Shown here: piece after piece, positions 56,101-64,000 of the stretch
How the letters are laid out: each line of letters begins with the position of its first letter
How positions within the stretch are numbered: the first letter of the stretch is position 1
From: Candidatus Methanophagaceae archaeon
GTDB lineage: Archaea > Halobacteriota > Syntropharchaeia > Alkanophagales > Methanospirareceae
DNA: 64,000 nt
Direction: 5' to 3'
Assembly (NCBI GenBank): GCA_003194435.1
Contig: PQXC01000005.1
Location: forward strand, 30,110 to 94,109
Notes under the pieces: generated by a model
What the model was told of the DNA's origin: nothing
Seen by the model: the letters and a program-made list of their open reading frames with translations, nothing else
The model's database searches: none
Position numbers and translations under genes: made by a program

Positions 56101-56329
56101 AACCTGTAATGTTCACAGATTGCGACCCATTATTGTATAGCTCAATCCATTCATTGTATTGCCCTCCCCACGTGCTACTCGGTGCATACATTATCTCAGT
56201 GATGATTACACTATCGCCTGCTCCTGTTGAACTCGTAGCTACTCCTGCTGACATAACTCCCGATATCACACTCGTCAAAATCGCAAGCATAACCAGGCAA
56301 CTCGACACTTTCTTTATCATTTTAGTCAT
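53162..56329 (-). CDS. Large cell-surface protein: signal peptide, lamin-tail domain, Ig-like domains, parallel beta-helix (PbH1/NosD-like) repeats, Ca-binding/Cys module, Pro/Thr linker and a PGF-CTERM-like anchor
   Basis: 1055 aa. The lamin-tail domain reads 'VIITEIMYAPS...NEWIELYNNG...ITGWTI'. There are ~10 near-identical 22-23-aa repeats '(S)SNNTLMNN.(A/V)SNN..GI.L'. The C-terminus reads '...DTDGDGITDIEE...PGYEAIFTIASLIAIAVVYVVQRRKK'. The protein carries very many N-x-S/T sequons. Confidence 0.85.
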   Translation of the reverse strand: MTKMIKKVSSCLVMLAILTSVISGVMSAGVATSSTGAGDSVIITEIMYAPSSTWGGQYNEWIELYNNGSQSVNITGWTIDNKTIPKAEIQPGDYLIIARNDTKFKKIYPRVVCPVVKVAISLLNDGETIFLNDSQGNVSDTVNYTQYALQGMAKTNNKTLELNASGGWEESKRVGGTPCQPNSVLPPTSFMVYGYVFYENNTACNYPIVNITNVNTGENWSAERNASTNYYQLVLSSTVDVMAGDTLRFDAKSPSGNQTKNIEHVITQEEIDNGGLYNFNITLERAALTVTATPAVVYVGENTSVVFNVTSAGAAVDNATVNVSGCGVNESGLTNATGQVTLWVNATMEGTLNVTANRTGYADGTTTLTATMPTPPVHNIDTGEDFSTIQAAIDAVNTIDGHTITMDAGIYTENVYVYKQLTIRSTSGNPSDTIVQAANASEHVFNVTVDYVNISGFMITGATEHAGIWLDDVEFCNISNNNASNNGLGIVLKDSSNNTLMNNIVSNNQGGIYLEESNNNTLMNITMSNNEIGIDLQDSSNNTLMNNSASNNELGIYLMNSSNNALMNNIVSNNWGGIYLAESNNNTLMNNSASNNELGIGLHDSSNNSLTNNDVSNNRDGIQLGESSNNTLTDNEVSDNEVGVIFADSSHIKLANNTFVNDGLIVYESYENTVQGNTVNGKPLAYLEDAADQTITNAGQVILVNCDNITAKNLNLSNSDVGVKLYGTDNSTIKNINSSNNLVGIYMVESNNNTLMNITASNIGSGIYLENSSNNMLTNITASSGLTRWDGLPGMIFYSDDLYKHSNIVESDEDSHNNIVEYLTISSYPTTISFTYDNGIRIASVTDPYSDPVGKRNIGKYVDVYDVSENSWIFLNVSYEDADVANVVENSLRLYHWNRTETEWEVIQGSNVNTEENYVYANVTSFSQIAPFGNPTPTPRPRVAGGGGGGGPRDTDGDGITDIEEMLQGTDPKDPCDPNPECAACKALMPAAPAPTTAPVISPTPKPTLKPTPVPTPAPATPTPTPKPIPGYEAIFTIASLIAIAVVYVVQRRKK
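53228..53525. repeat. Dispersed ~300-bp near-identical repeat (copy 1), encoding the shared C-terminal module
   Basis: It aligns base for base with 56755-57056, apart from scattered substitutions and a 3-nt indel. Confidence 0.85.
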
Positions 56330-56380
56330 TTTTATCCCTCTAAGATTTCCTGTTAGCCGAATTTTAGGTTAAATCTACGA

Positions 56381-56390
56381 TATATTTAAA
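56381..56390 (-). promoter_or_regulatory. Candidate TATA box (TTTAAATATA on the minus strand) for the 53162..56329 gene
   Basis: It is the only strong TATA-like element in the 360-bp intergenic region and lies 52-61 nt upstream of the ATG. Confidence 0.3.
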
Positions 56391-56597
56391 ACTTCCGATT
56401 GCTTGATTGTTTAATATAAACTTTTGGGTGGCTTTGATTCCCGTGCATGATTTTCATCCCCCGCACTCTTATACCCCACCCTATACCAGTGTAACAAACA
56501 GTTACAGTTAGCTGTGATTTGTTCAAACTTTTACTTTACTTCGCTTTTAGCAAAGAGAAACTACCTGTAATCGTGCCTGATCTTGCCTTGTGGTTAA

Positions 56598-56647
56598 TAA
56601 AAAAGAAAAAAATAAAAAAGAAAATAAAAATCTCCTGAACGGTTCAG
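56598..56647 (-). terminator. Hairpin plus oligo-T terminator after the cohesin-protein gene
   Basis: On the minus strand, CTGAAC-cg-TTCAG (56635-56647) is followed by long T runs (TTTTTATTTTCTTTTTTATTTTTTTCTTTTTT). Confidence 0.5.
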
Positions 56648-56691
56648 TTTCGATTTTTTTCTTTGGTTTGTTTACTGTTACCGTTTAACGT

Positions 56692-59600
56692 TTACTTCCG
56701 CCTTTTCCTCTGCACTAAGTACGCCACTGCTAACAAGCCCGCAATCATGAATACCGCTTCGTAACCAGGTGTGGGCTTCGGTGTTGGTGTGGGTGTAGCT
56801 GGTGCAGGTGTCGGTACAGGTGTAGGTTTAACAGTGGGTTTCGGTGTTGGTGATACGACCGGCGCTGTTGTGGGTGCTGGTGTTGTTGGCATTAACGCTT
56901 TACATGCGGCGCATTCCGGATTCGGGTCGCACGGGTCATTAGGATCGGTACCCTGAAGCATCTCCTCTATATCCGTGATGCCATCTCCATCACTGTCACG
57001 TGGTGCTCCTCCGCCGCCACCACCGCCAGCGACTCTTGGTCGGGGTGTTGGTGTTGGTGGTATTTTCACTTTGGTTATTGTCGAAACCGTATCTGTAACA
57101 TTTTTATCTGCCTCTGAGGTAGCGGTAACATTCACAATGTACGTTCCTGCTGCTTCATCTCTCACAGTAAGCAATACAACTCGTTTGGCTCCTGCAGAAA
57201 GATTTTGTATTGTAGATGTGTTCAGTATTGCTATGTCCGCATTGCTTACGTTATCAACCGTTAGTGTATAGTTATCGGTATTGGTCCCCAGATTCTTCAC
57301 GGTGAGTGTGTAAGTTGCATCCTCGTTCGGCTTGACCGTTTTTTCTGCTGGCTCAGCAGTCATGTAAACATAATATGGTGTGGTCAATGTCTTTGCAGTG
57401 TCATTCACCCATGTCTGGTTTATATTTCCATGTGTATCCACGGTGCGAGTGGAAATCGTATATGATGTGTTTGGTAAAAGCTCGGTAGCGTTGTAATACG
57501 GCACAGACGTGTTCGTCTTCCATGTACCGTTCAGATATACCATTACATAACCGAAATCAGAATCCAGTGGGTTCGTCCAGGTCCAGTTAATCCATGTAAC
57601 ACCTGAGGTCTTATTTAAGTTACTAACGCTGGCGGGCGGTGTTGTATCTTCTACAACAGCACTTTTCAGCACCAGTTCTTCTCTAAGAACACCATTAATA
57701 TAACTCTGATACTTAGGAATCTTCGCTATTCCATGGTCGCTTATCCAGTACTTCGCTGTAATGGTCAAATTCGAACCCGATACCGAAATGCTGGCATTGT
57801 TCTCCACCACCAAGCAACGAAGTTCACCGTAAGGCGTTGTCAGATTCTCTTCGCCCGTTACTTTCCCTTCTATCTCCGCAGTTATATCATCAACTTGAGT
57901 CGTTGCACCTGCAACTGTAACTGTACCACTAACATTTATAGTTGATGCCCATGTTTTCCCTACCCATAAGGGGTAGTTAAGCATCGTGTACTCTGGATTG
58001 AATGTCAGATTCGTTATTCCTGTTTCGTCCTTCATTACCAGACGTTTCATTGTAAAGTTCTTCGCTGTCTCGTTTATGCCTACATACATCTCCGTGCCAC
58101 CCACTAACTTGCTTATATTCAGCACATAGTAGAGTTTGGAATCAATCGTAGCAGTTTCAGCGAAGAATACTATCGTCGCGTTTTTACCCACATTGGTTGA
58201 CATCGAGTCGTTAGTAACGTTAGCTATGTATGTGGTCCCATAAGGTATCACCGAGAATGGAATCTCAAATCTAACTATAGGCTTGAAGTTCGCCGTGATG
58301 GTATAGTTGTCATTCATCGTTATGCTTGTCTCTGAAGCATTCACATCCTCTATCGTATCTACATCGCCTGTCCAGTTAACGAAGACATAGCCTGTATCTG
58401 CTACTGCTTTCAGTGCAACTACCGTATCGGCATCGTAGGTATGTGTCCCCTCGCTTGGCTCTGTTACGTTACCACCAGCAGTACTTGTAATTGTCAGTGT
58501 GTATGTTACAGGTGTTTTTATCCTAACCGTCAGGCTCTTCGTTGACTCTACATTTGCCGTCTCGTTCTTGTCCACCGAATAGTAGTATATCGTGGTGCTA
58601 CCTTCATCTGATACTGTCACGTTAAACGAATCCCCGAACGTATCATTCTTGTAAATCGTGAGATTACCGGTACCTATCTCTGGTATGGTCACCTCTGTAC
58701 CATTCAAATTAACGGTTACCTGCGCAGACGCCGATAGATTAGTATAATTAACGCCAGAACCGTGAAGCATACCACCGCCAGTATCAGTACGAAGAAATTT
58801 TAGCGTTACTGGCGCACTTGACCAGTTCAGTATGTGCGATGACGGTATCGGGCTCGGCTCACCGGTAAGTTCCGGTGCTGTTACGCTGGTTGTCGGCGGT
58901 GTACTATCCACACCCACCACTTGCGGCTCTTCTAATACCACATCTCTTGTCCTCTCGTTGTTTCCTGTGTTGTTATCTACTGGGATTGTTGCTTTCACTT
59001 TTATCGTGTATGTGCCCGATACAAGACCCGATGTGTTCCATGGATCACTGTAAGTATTAGATTCGCCCATATTTACCGCATACGTATGTGTTGCAATAGT
59101 TTCATTCCAGCCCGTAGCGTTTGCAACACTCACCGTAACATTAACCGATTCGTTGAAGCTGCCCGCGTTCGTAAGTTTATATCTGATTTTGTAAGTTTCG
59201 CCAATCGTTAAGTTCTCATCAGCTCCCACTACATCTGTCCCATCACGTGTTACCTTTATCCCGTTTACTGCACCTGAGTAATCGATTGAGACGTTTATGT
59301 CATGGATTTGTACTACTTCACCTATCTTAAACGTGCCGTTTACCGGTGTTGCAGCTATTTCTCCATTACTGGAACTGACTAACTTACCGATCTCTACATT
59401 AAGAGGACTCATGTCACCATTGTTCCCAACTGCTTTTAATGTGAGCGTTGCCAGTACAACTGTACCATTTAGAGATGGTTTCTGGAAGATGTTAACGGTA
59501 TAGAAGCGCACTTTATTGGGTGCGGTGCGTTCCCAAAAAAACGTCCCAACTCCAGGCCCTGCACTTATGTTTGTAACATTCACTACATCAGGATTGAACG

Positions 59601-59823
59601 TTACGCTTATCCCAAAGTTAGCGAGATCTTCGATATCATAAGCTGTAACTGACGTATTGGTCGTATCTCCTGTATTCTGTACAGTGACATTCGCAATTTT
59701 TATTGTTGGTTGACTTGCTAGGTTAGAAGTAAGTGCCATAGATAGAGAGGTAACCACTGCTATCGCTATAATCGCCGTTGCTAACACTGGTAACCCAGTT
59801 TTTGCTTTTTTATCTTTTTTCAT
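56692..59823 (-). CDS. Large cell-surface protein with an N-terminal cohesin domain, CARDB/Ig-like/FN3-like domains and the same C-terminal anchor module as 53162..56329
   Basis: 1043 aa. The cohesin-like segment reads 'IKIANVTV...DLANFGISVTFNPDVVNVTNISAGPG...LNGTVVLATLTLKAVGNNGDMSPLNVE...ATPVNGTFKIG'. A CARDB-like segment ('YKLTNAGSFNESVNVTV') and an InlB-B-repeat-like segment ('YTLTITSTAGGNVTEP...GYVFVNWTGD') follow. An FN3-like domain comes next, then '...DSDGDGITDIEE...PGYEAVFMIAGLLAVAYLVQRKRRK'. Confidence 0.8.
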   Translation of the reverse strand: MKKDKKAKTGLPVLATAIIAIAVVTSLSMALTSNLASQPTIKIANVTVQNTGDTTNTSVTAYDIEDLANFGISVTFNPDVVNVTNISAGPGVGTFFWERTAPNKVRFYTVNIFQKPSLNGTVVLATLTLKAVGNNGDMSPLNVEIGKLVSSSNGEIAATPVNGTFKIGEVVQIHDINVSIDYSGAVNGIKVTRDGTDVVGADENLTIGETYKIRYKLTNAGSFNESVNVTVSVANATGWNETIATHTYAVNMGESNTYSDPWNTSGLVSGTYTIKVKATIPVDNNTGNNERTRDVVLEEPQVVGVDSTPPTTSVTAPELTGEPSPIPSSHILNWSSAPVTLKFLRTDTGGGMLHGSGVNYTNLSASAQVTVNLNGTEVTIPEIGTGNLTIYKNDTFGDSFNVTVSDEGSTTIYYYSVDKNETANVESTKSLTVRIKTPVTYTLTITSTAGGNVTEPSEGTHTYDADTVVALKAVADTGYVFVNWTGDVDTIEDVNASETSITMNDNYTITANFKPIVRFEIPFSVIPYGTTYIANVTNDSMSTNVGKNATIVFFAETATIDSKLYYVLNISKLVGGTEMYVGINETAKNFTMKRLVMKDETGITNLTFNPEYTMLNYPLWVGKTWASTINVSGTVTVAGATTQVDDITAEIEGKVTGEENLTTPYGELRCLVVENNASISVSGSNLTITAKYWISDHGIAKIPKYQSYINGVLREELVLKSAVVEDTTPPASVSNLNKTSGVTWINWTWTNPLDSDFGYVMVYLNGTWKTNTSVPYYNATELLPNTSYTISTRTVDTHGNINQTWVNDTAKTLTTPYYVYMTAEPAEKTVKPNEDATYTLTVKNLGTNTDNYTLTVDNVSNADIAILNTSTIQNLSAGAKRVVLLTVRDEAAGTYIVNVTATSEADKNVTDTVSTITKVKIPPTPTPRPRVAGGGGGGGAPRDSDGDGITDIEEMLQGTDPNDPCDPNPECAACKALMPTTPAPTTAPVVSPTPKPTVKPTPVPTPAPATPTPTPKPTPGYEAVFMIAGLLAVAYLVQRKRRK
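56755..57056. repeat. Dispersed ~300-bp near-identical repeat (copy 2)
   Basis: See 53228-53525. Confidence 0.85.
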
Positions 59824-59850
59824 TTTTTCCCTTTCACCTCCTAATCGTTA

Positions 59851-60519
59851 TTATGGGTATATCGGATCCCCAAAGTAAATATGTTTTGCCAACGCAACAA
59901 CATCGCTGAAAGCGACTTCTCCATCTCCGTTCACATCAGGTTCGTCACTCACGGGATCCCCAAAGTAAATATGTTTTGCCAACGCAACAACATCGCTGAA
60001 AGCGACTTCTCCATCTCCATTCATGTCTCCCCTTGCGATCTTTACTTTTACCACGTTTGCATCACTCGCGGCTTTATTACCTCTTATATCATTTGCGTAA
60101 ACTACGTAGCTGTAATTGCCGTTTGGTAAAGGAACGTACTGGAATAAAGAGTGATTAAAGGCAGAAACTCTATAAGAAAATTTATTGTCACCGATCATGT
60201 ACATTGTTCTGTTGTTCAGCTTTTCCAAGCGTTGAAATGCCTCATTCCAGACGTCCAAGAAGTATCCTGTTGCATCCCATACCGAAGTATTGACCATGTC
60301 TACAAAACCACTTCTATCATCGGAGGAATCTATGGGATCTACAACTTCTGCTGTGATGTTTATGTAACCCGTGGTGTTTACCGATAATGGCGCTGGCTCT
60401 ATAATCTGAATTGTTGGTGGCGTGGTATCTTCTGCTTGAACTGAGGCTATCACTCCTACGGCGCAACAAAATATAACCCACCCTACTACTGCTATACTCC
60501 CCAGTCCTTTATCAGTCAT
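59851..60519 (-). CDS. Secreted Ig-like domain protein with a C-terminal dockerin
   Basis: The start is taken at the ATG at 60519 ('MTDKGLGS...'), preceded by GGAGGTG. Two identical dockerin segments read 'D(M/V)NGDGEVAFSDVVALAKHIYFGDP'. Confidence 0.8.
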   Translation of the reverse strand: MTDKGLGSIAVVGWVIFCCAVGVIASVQAEDTTPPTIQIIEPAPLSVNTTGYINITAEVVDPIDSSDDRSGFVDMVNTSVWDATGYFLDVWNEAFQRLEKLNNRTMYMIGDNKFSYRVSAFNHSLFQYVPLPNGNYSYVVYANDIRGNKAASDANVVKVKIARGDMNGDGEVAFSDVVALAKHIYFGDPVSDEPDVNGDGEVAFSDVVALAKHIYFGDPIYP

Positions 60520-60537
60520 TTTTTCTATTCTCACCTC

Positions 60538-62403
60538 CTACGGGTATATTGGCTCATTGAAATATATATGCTTTGCTAATAATATTACATCATCAAAAGT
60601 AACTTTGCCATCGCTATTTACATCAGGATCATCGCTTACATGTTCATTGAAATATATATGTTTTGCTAATGATATTACATCATCAAAAGTAACTTCACCG
60701 TTACCATCCATGTCGCCTGTTCTCTGCTTGCTACCCTCCACCACCAGTATCGCATTACTCGCCTCCATGTAATCGCAACTGCTCTGGAACGCAGCCACAT
60801 TCGTCGTATTTAGATACGGTGTGACATCACACTCATTAATGCCTATCTGTGAGTCGCCTGCAAACTTCCACACATCACTCCACTTATGCCCGTTGAATAT
60901 CAACTCGCCCTCATCCGAAGCGCCCGGCGCCACTGTTATCAACCGTGCACTCCTGTTACCCGCATCTTCAATCGCCCCCGTGAACGGCGCATAAGCAGTC
61001 GCTTCTTCGGGCGTTGTGCACTTATCAGAGCCACCGTAGAGCAAATCAAACCCTTCATTCACAAATATCTTGCACCACTCTGGACCTTCCCCACTCTCGC
61101 TCTCGTATATCACCGCGAGCAACATACCCCGTATGGATGGATTACCAGCAACCGGATTCAGATTCTCAAGAACTGCGGTGTTACCGCTATTATTGAATTC
61201 GCCGGTTACATTGTATGCAAGCATTCCATACGGATAGTCGGAGCCGTCGTACCCCTTGCGATCTGTATAAAACGCATCCCGCTCCACCGTGATATTGTTA
61301 AATCTCAGACTGACATTGTCAGGCATCCCCTGCACCTTATCCCATGTGTAATACACATACAGTCTCGCTTCTTTTACTATCGCATCTTTACCATCAGGAA
61401 TGGATAAATCCGCTGTGCTCCAGTTGACTGTATACTTGTACCATGGTTGTGTGGAACCACTCAAATAACGGCTATCTCCTGTTGAATATAGAAAACCGCC
61501 CCTAACTTTATATTCCCGCGCGGTGGTTATATTAATATCACCATTCCCGGTCTCAGCGCCACCGCCGGTATATCGCTTACCTTTATACCCGTTATTTACC
61601 ACCTGCATGGTTACTTCCTTTTCATTATTATCGTTATCTATCTCTGCAACTTCATCTCTACAATCCGCCTTCACTCTTATTGTAACATTGACCCCCGCTA
61701 CTCTTGACGTAAGGTCTAAAACTGCTACCTGAGTACTGCTGTTAGCAGCCAGCCCCGGAACCCGGATTTCCTCTGTTTTATCTCCCACCTGAAAACTGAC
61801 ATTGAATGCACCTGCATCCTCTGTACCGATATTCTTTACTGTTGCATTTATGTGGTTGCTCTCATTCGCAAATAAGAACCCGCAATTAGGATTTGGCTCT
61901 ATATCTGCAACTACCAGCTCCCGTCCTTTACAATGGTCCGCTATGACCACTTGCGTCTCGCCCCTTACCGCACCATAATAAACACGAATTACCGCAGTGC
62001 CCTTTTCCGTTCCCGCTTTCAGCGTTGCATGTGCATAGCCATCTTTGTCTGTTTTATCCCACACAGCAGTCCTGGTATACCGCCCTCCTGTAGGTGCATC
62101 AATCAGCTCAGCATCGAATGGACCCTCCATCACAAATGTAAGAGGGAAGCCCTCACTGGGCACGCCACTATCATTCACTGCGCGCGCTGTTATTAGCGCC
62201 TCCGCTTCACCATTGGCGAGAATGCAGGTTCGATTCGCGGTGACCATGATCATAGTAGGCTTCGGTGGTTGAGGTGTACCAGGGTCGCCAGCACTAATTA
62301 CCACCCCAAACATCACCGATACAAGAACAATAACTGCCGTTATAGCTACAAATATTCCCTTCCCCCTCTTATGCTCATGCACTACCCCTATCTTCATCTT
62401 CAT
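60538..62403 (-). CDS. Secreted Big-like + CARDB + DUF3344-like protein with a C-terminal dockerin
   Basis: 621 aa. The CARDB segment reads 'VADIEPNP...ATVKNIGTEDAGAFNVSF'. A DUF3344-like core reads 'NNGYKGKRYTGG...ARLYVYYTWDK'. The dockerin reads 'GDMDGNGEVTFDDVISLAKHIYFNE...DVNSDGKVTFDDVILLAKHIYFNEP'. Confidence 0.8.
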   Translation of the reverse strand: MKMKIGVVHEHKRGKGIFVAITAVIVLVSVMFGVVISAGDPGTPQPPKPTMIMVTANRTCILANGEAEALITARAVNDSGVPSEGFPLTFVMEGPFDAELIDAPTGGRYTRTAVWDKTDKDGYAHATLKAGTEKGTAVIRVYYGAVRGETQVVIADHCKGRELVVADIEPNPNCGFLFANESNHINATVKNIGTEDAGAFNVSFQVGDKTEEIRVPGLAANSSTQVAVLDLTSRVAGVNVTIRVKADCRDEVAEIDNDNNEKEVTMQVVNNGYKGKRYTGGGAETGNGDINITTAREYKVRGGFLYSTGDSRYLSGSTQPWYKYTVNWSTADLSIPDGKDAIVKEARLYVYYTWDKVQGMPDNVSLRFNNITVERDAFYTDRKGYDGSDYPYGMLAYNVTGEFNNSGNTAVLENLNPVAGNPSIRGMLLAVIYESESGEGPEWCKIFVNEGFDLLYGGSDKCTTPEEATAYAPFTGAIEDAGNRSARLITVAPGASDEGELIFNGHKWSDVWKFAGDSQIGINECDVTPYLNTTNVAAFQSSCDYMEASNAILVVEGSKQRTGDMDGNGEVTFDDVISLAKHIYFNEHVSDDPDVNSDGKVTFDDVILLAKHIYFNEPIYP

Positions 62404-62677
62404 CTCTCACCTTTACCCTGCTTCTTCTCTATGTCCCTCTATATATAAAAGCATATGCTTTTTACATGTGCCTTATATCTGCATATCACTACTGCTTATA
62501 AACGTAAGCAGTTTCTCAATATTTAAGCTTTTCTATTATGTTATGTTCTTATTGTATCATCACAGGCTAAAATACAGATACGGGAAAAGAGTATAATCCA
62601 AACCTGTTAAGGGAAAAGAATAAAAGAAAAAAGAAGAATAAAGGAGTTTTTATCGCTTAATTTTTTGTTTCGTTCGT

Positions 62678-64000
62678 TCACTCTGCACTCTGCTCCCCAC
62701 CGTCTGTCTCAGCCTCCGCTTCCACTGCCGCTCCTTCCCCCTGTGTCATAATGGGCATCGGCATCGCCGTCTCTGTCAATGCCTCTATCTGCGCATATAC
62801 CTGCTTGTCACGGTAATGCTTCATTGTAGCGGCACCTGAGGGGCATATTGCATTGCACGCGCCACAGCCCTTGCAGATTGCTTCGTTCACCGTCATTACG
62901 TGCCTCACTTCATCGAATACGAGTGCACCAAACGGGCATGTCTGCTCACAGCACCGACATCCTATGCAAATCTCCTCGTTTATCTCCGATATCGCCGGCT
63001 CTATCTTCGCCTTACCCTCTATCAAATATACGAGCGAGCCAGAAGCTGCCGCCTTACCCTGCGCTATACTGTCTGTTATATCTTTTGGACTCACACAGCA
63101 ACCCGCAATGAATACTCCATCTACTGCCGTATCCACGGGTCTGAGCTTCGGATGCGCTTCCAGCAAGAACCTGTCCGCAGACTCCGAGAGCTTGAGCATA
63201 TCCACTACACTCTCCACTCCCTTATTCGGTACTAAGCCCACACCGAGCACCACGAGGTCCGCTTCCTTTTCGTATGGCTCTCCTATCATGGTGTTCTCGC
63301 CTCTCACCACTACTCTGTCACTGCCCGGTTTCCTGTATATCTCTGCCGGCAGTCCCCTCAGATAGAATACCCCTTCCTCCTTCACCTGGTCGTAAAACTC
63401 CTCAAAGCCCTTGCCAAACGCTCTCACATCCTGATAACATACGGTCACGTTCGCATCGGGTATTTGTTCCTTCACCAAATGCGCCTGCTTCGCTAAATAC
63501 ATACAGCATATTCGCGAACAGTACTCATTCCCAACCTGCTTATTGCGCGAGCCCACGCAGCTTATGAATACAACATCCTTCGGCTTCTTGCCGTTCAGCT
63601 CTATCTTACCGCCCGTCGGTCCGCTCGGAGATGACAACCGCTCAAACTCCAGGCTCGTTATCACATTTGGATACACGCCATACTTGTATTCCGGCGCTAC
63701 TTGCGGGTCCACTATGTCATAGCCCGTTGCCACTATTATCGTACCCACAGTATATTCCTCTACTCTCTCCTCTTCACTGAAATCTATTGCACCCGGCGAG
63801 CATACACTCATACACGGTGGCACTTCCTTGCCCTCTTTTATCGTCTCGAGTGTGGCATTACCGCATTTCCCTTCCTTCAACAATGCACAGTGCTCAGCAT
63901 CCACGATATACGCAGGTGGCACCGCGAAGGGGAACGGCATATAAATGGCACTTCTAACACCCAGCCCCTCATCATATTCGTTCGGTATATCCTTGACCGG
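62678..64000 (-). CDS. hdrA: Heterodisulfide reductase subunit A (HdrA)-like flavoprotein; N-terminus outside the window
   Basis: The frame stays open upstream of the Met at 63940 ('...VKDIPNEYDEGLGVRSAIYMPFPFAVP'). Shows 'CVGSRN...YCSRICCMY', 'FIAGCC' and two C-terminal 4Cys ferredoxin motifs ('CIGCRCCEQTCP', 'CKGCGACNAICP'). Confidence 0.85.
   Translation of the reverse strand, partial: PVKDIPNEYDEGLGVRSAIYMPFPFAVPPAYIVDAEHCALLKEGKCGNATLETIKEGKEVPPCMSVCSPGAIDFSEEERVEEYTVGTIIVATGYDIVDPQVAPEYKYGVYPNVITSLEFERLSSPSGPTGGKIELNGKKPKDVVFISCVGSRNKQVGNEYCSRICCMYLAKQAHLVKEQIPDANVTVCYQDVRAFGKGFEEFYDQVKEEGVFYLRGLPAEIYRKPGSDRVVVRGENTMIGEPYEKEADLVVLGVGLVPNKGVESVVDMLKLSESADRFLLEAHPKLRPVDTAVDGVFIAGCCVSPKDITDSIAQGKAAASGSLVYLIEGKAKIEPAISEINEEICIGCRCCEQTCPFGALVFDEVRHVMTVNEAICKGCGACNAICPSGAATMKHYRDKQVYAQIEALTETAMPMPIMTQGEGAAVEAEAETDGGEQSAE

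Noticed and set aside
1-64000. A search for tRNA/rRNA genes (T-arm GGTTCGAATCC-like boxes) and CRISPR arrays.
   Set aside because: No convincing candidates were seen by eye. tRNAscan-SE/Infernal would be needed for a definitive negative.

Overview
Archaeal chromosomal segment, euryarchaeal by gene content (methanogen/ANME/Archaeoglobus-like): aCPSF1, MJ0400-type ADH synthase, A1Ao ATPase A/B, AglB, HdrA, PGF-CTERM-like anchors. No rRNA, tRNA or CRISPR array was recognised. The window breaks into five parts. (1) 1-4.4 kb is housekeeping: aCPSF1, aroA', an S2P protease and a NifU-like protein. (2) 4.4-11.3 kb is an AT-rich accessory insert between the convergent NifU-like and pheS genes. It is organised as an integron-like cassette array: structured attC-like repeats follow successive ORFs, and the GTT 7-mer closing each repeat is the reverse complement of the AAC 7-mer opening the next repeat. 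The cassettes carry a NucS-like PD-(D/E)XK nuclease fusion, a disrupted TIR gene, a protein with a possible HEPN motif, small membrane proteins, an IS110 element and an EndoIII-like fragment. No integrase is present in the window. (3) 11.4-17.1 kb is housekeeping: pheS, pdxT, aor, trmI. (4) 17.2-42.6 kb is a large surface-glycosylation supercluster. It holds aglB, GT2/GT4/GT-C transferases, a dTDP-rhamnose operon, a Wzm/Wzt exporter and methyltransferases. Two PIN-type toxin-antitoxin modules interrupt it, along with a 221-bp gene-start duplication, decayed methyltransferase genes and a very AT-rich sub-island. (5) 42.7-64 kb holds a secreted DJ-1/PfpI protein, a ~540-bp tandem duplication carrying PaREP1/HEPN-like genes, and an isolated atpA-atpB pair. 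It also holds cooC/larE-like genes and hacA/leuC, followed by a minus-strand surface-protein locus and a partial hdrA. The surface locus encodes one cohesin-bearing anchored protein, two dockerin-bearing proteins and a beta-helix protein. The two anchored proteins share a near-identical C-terminal anchor module.
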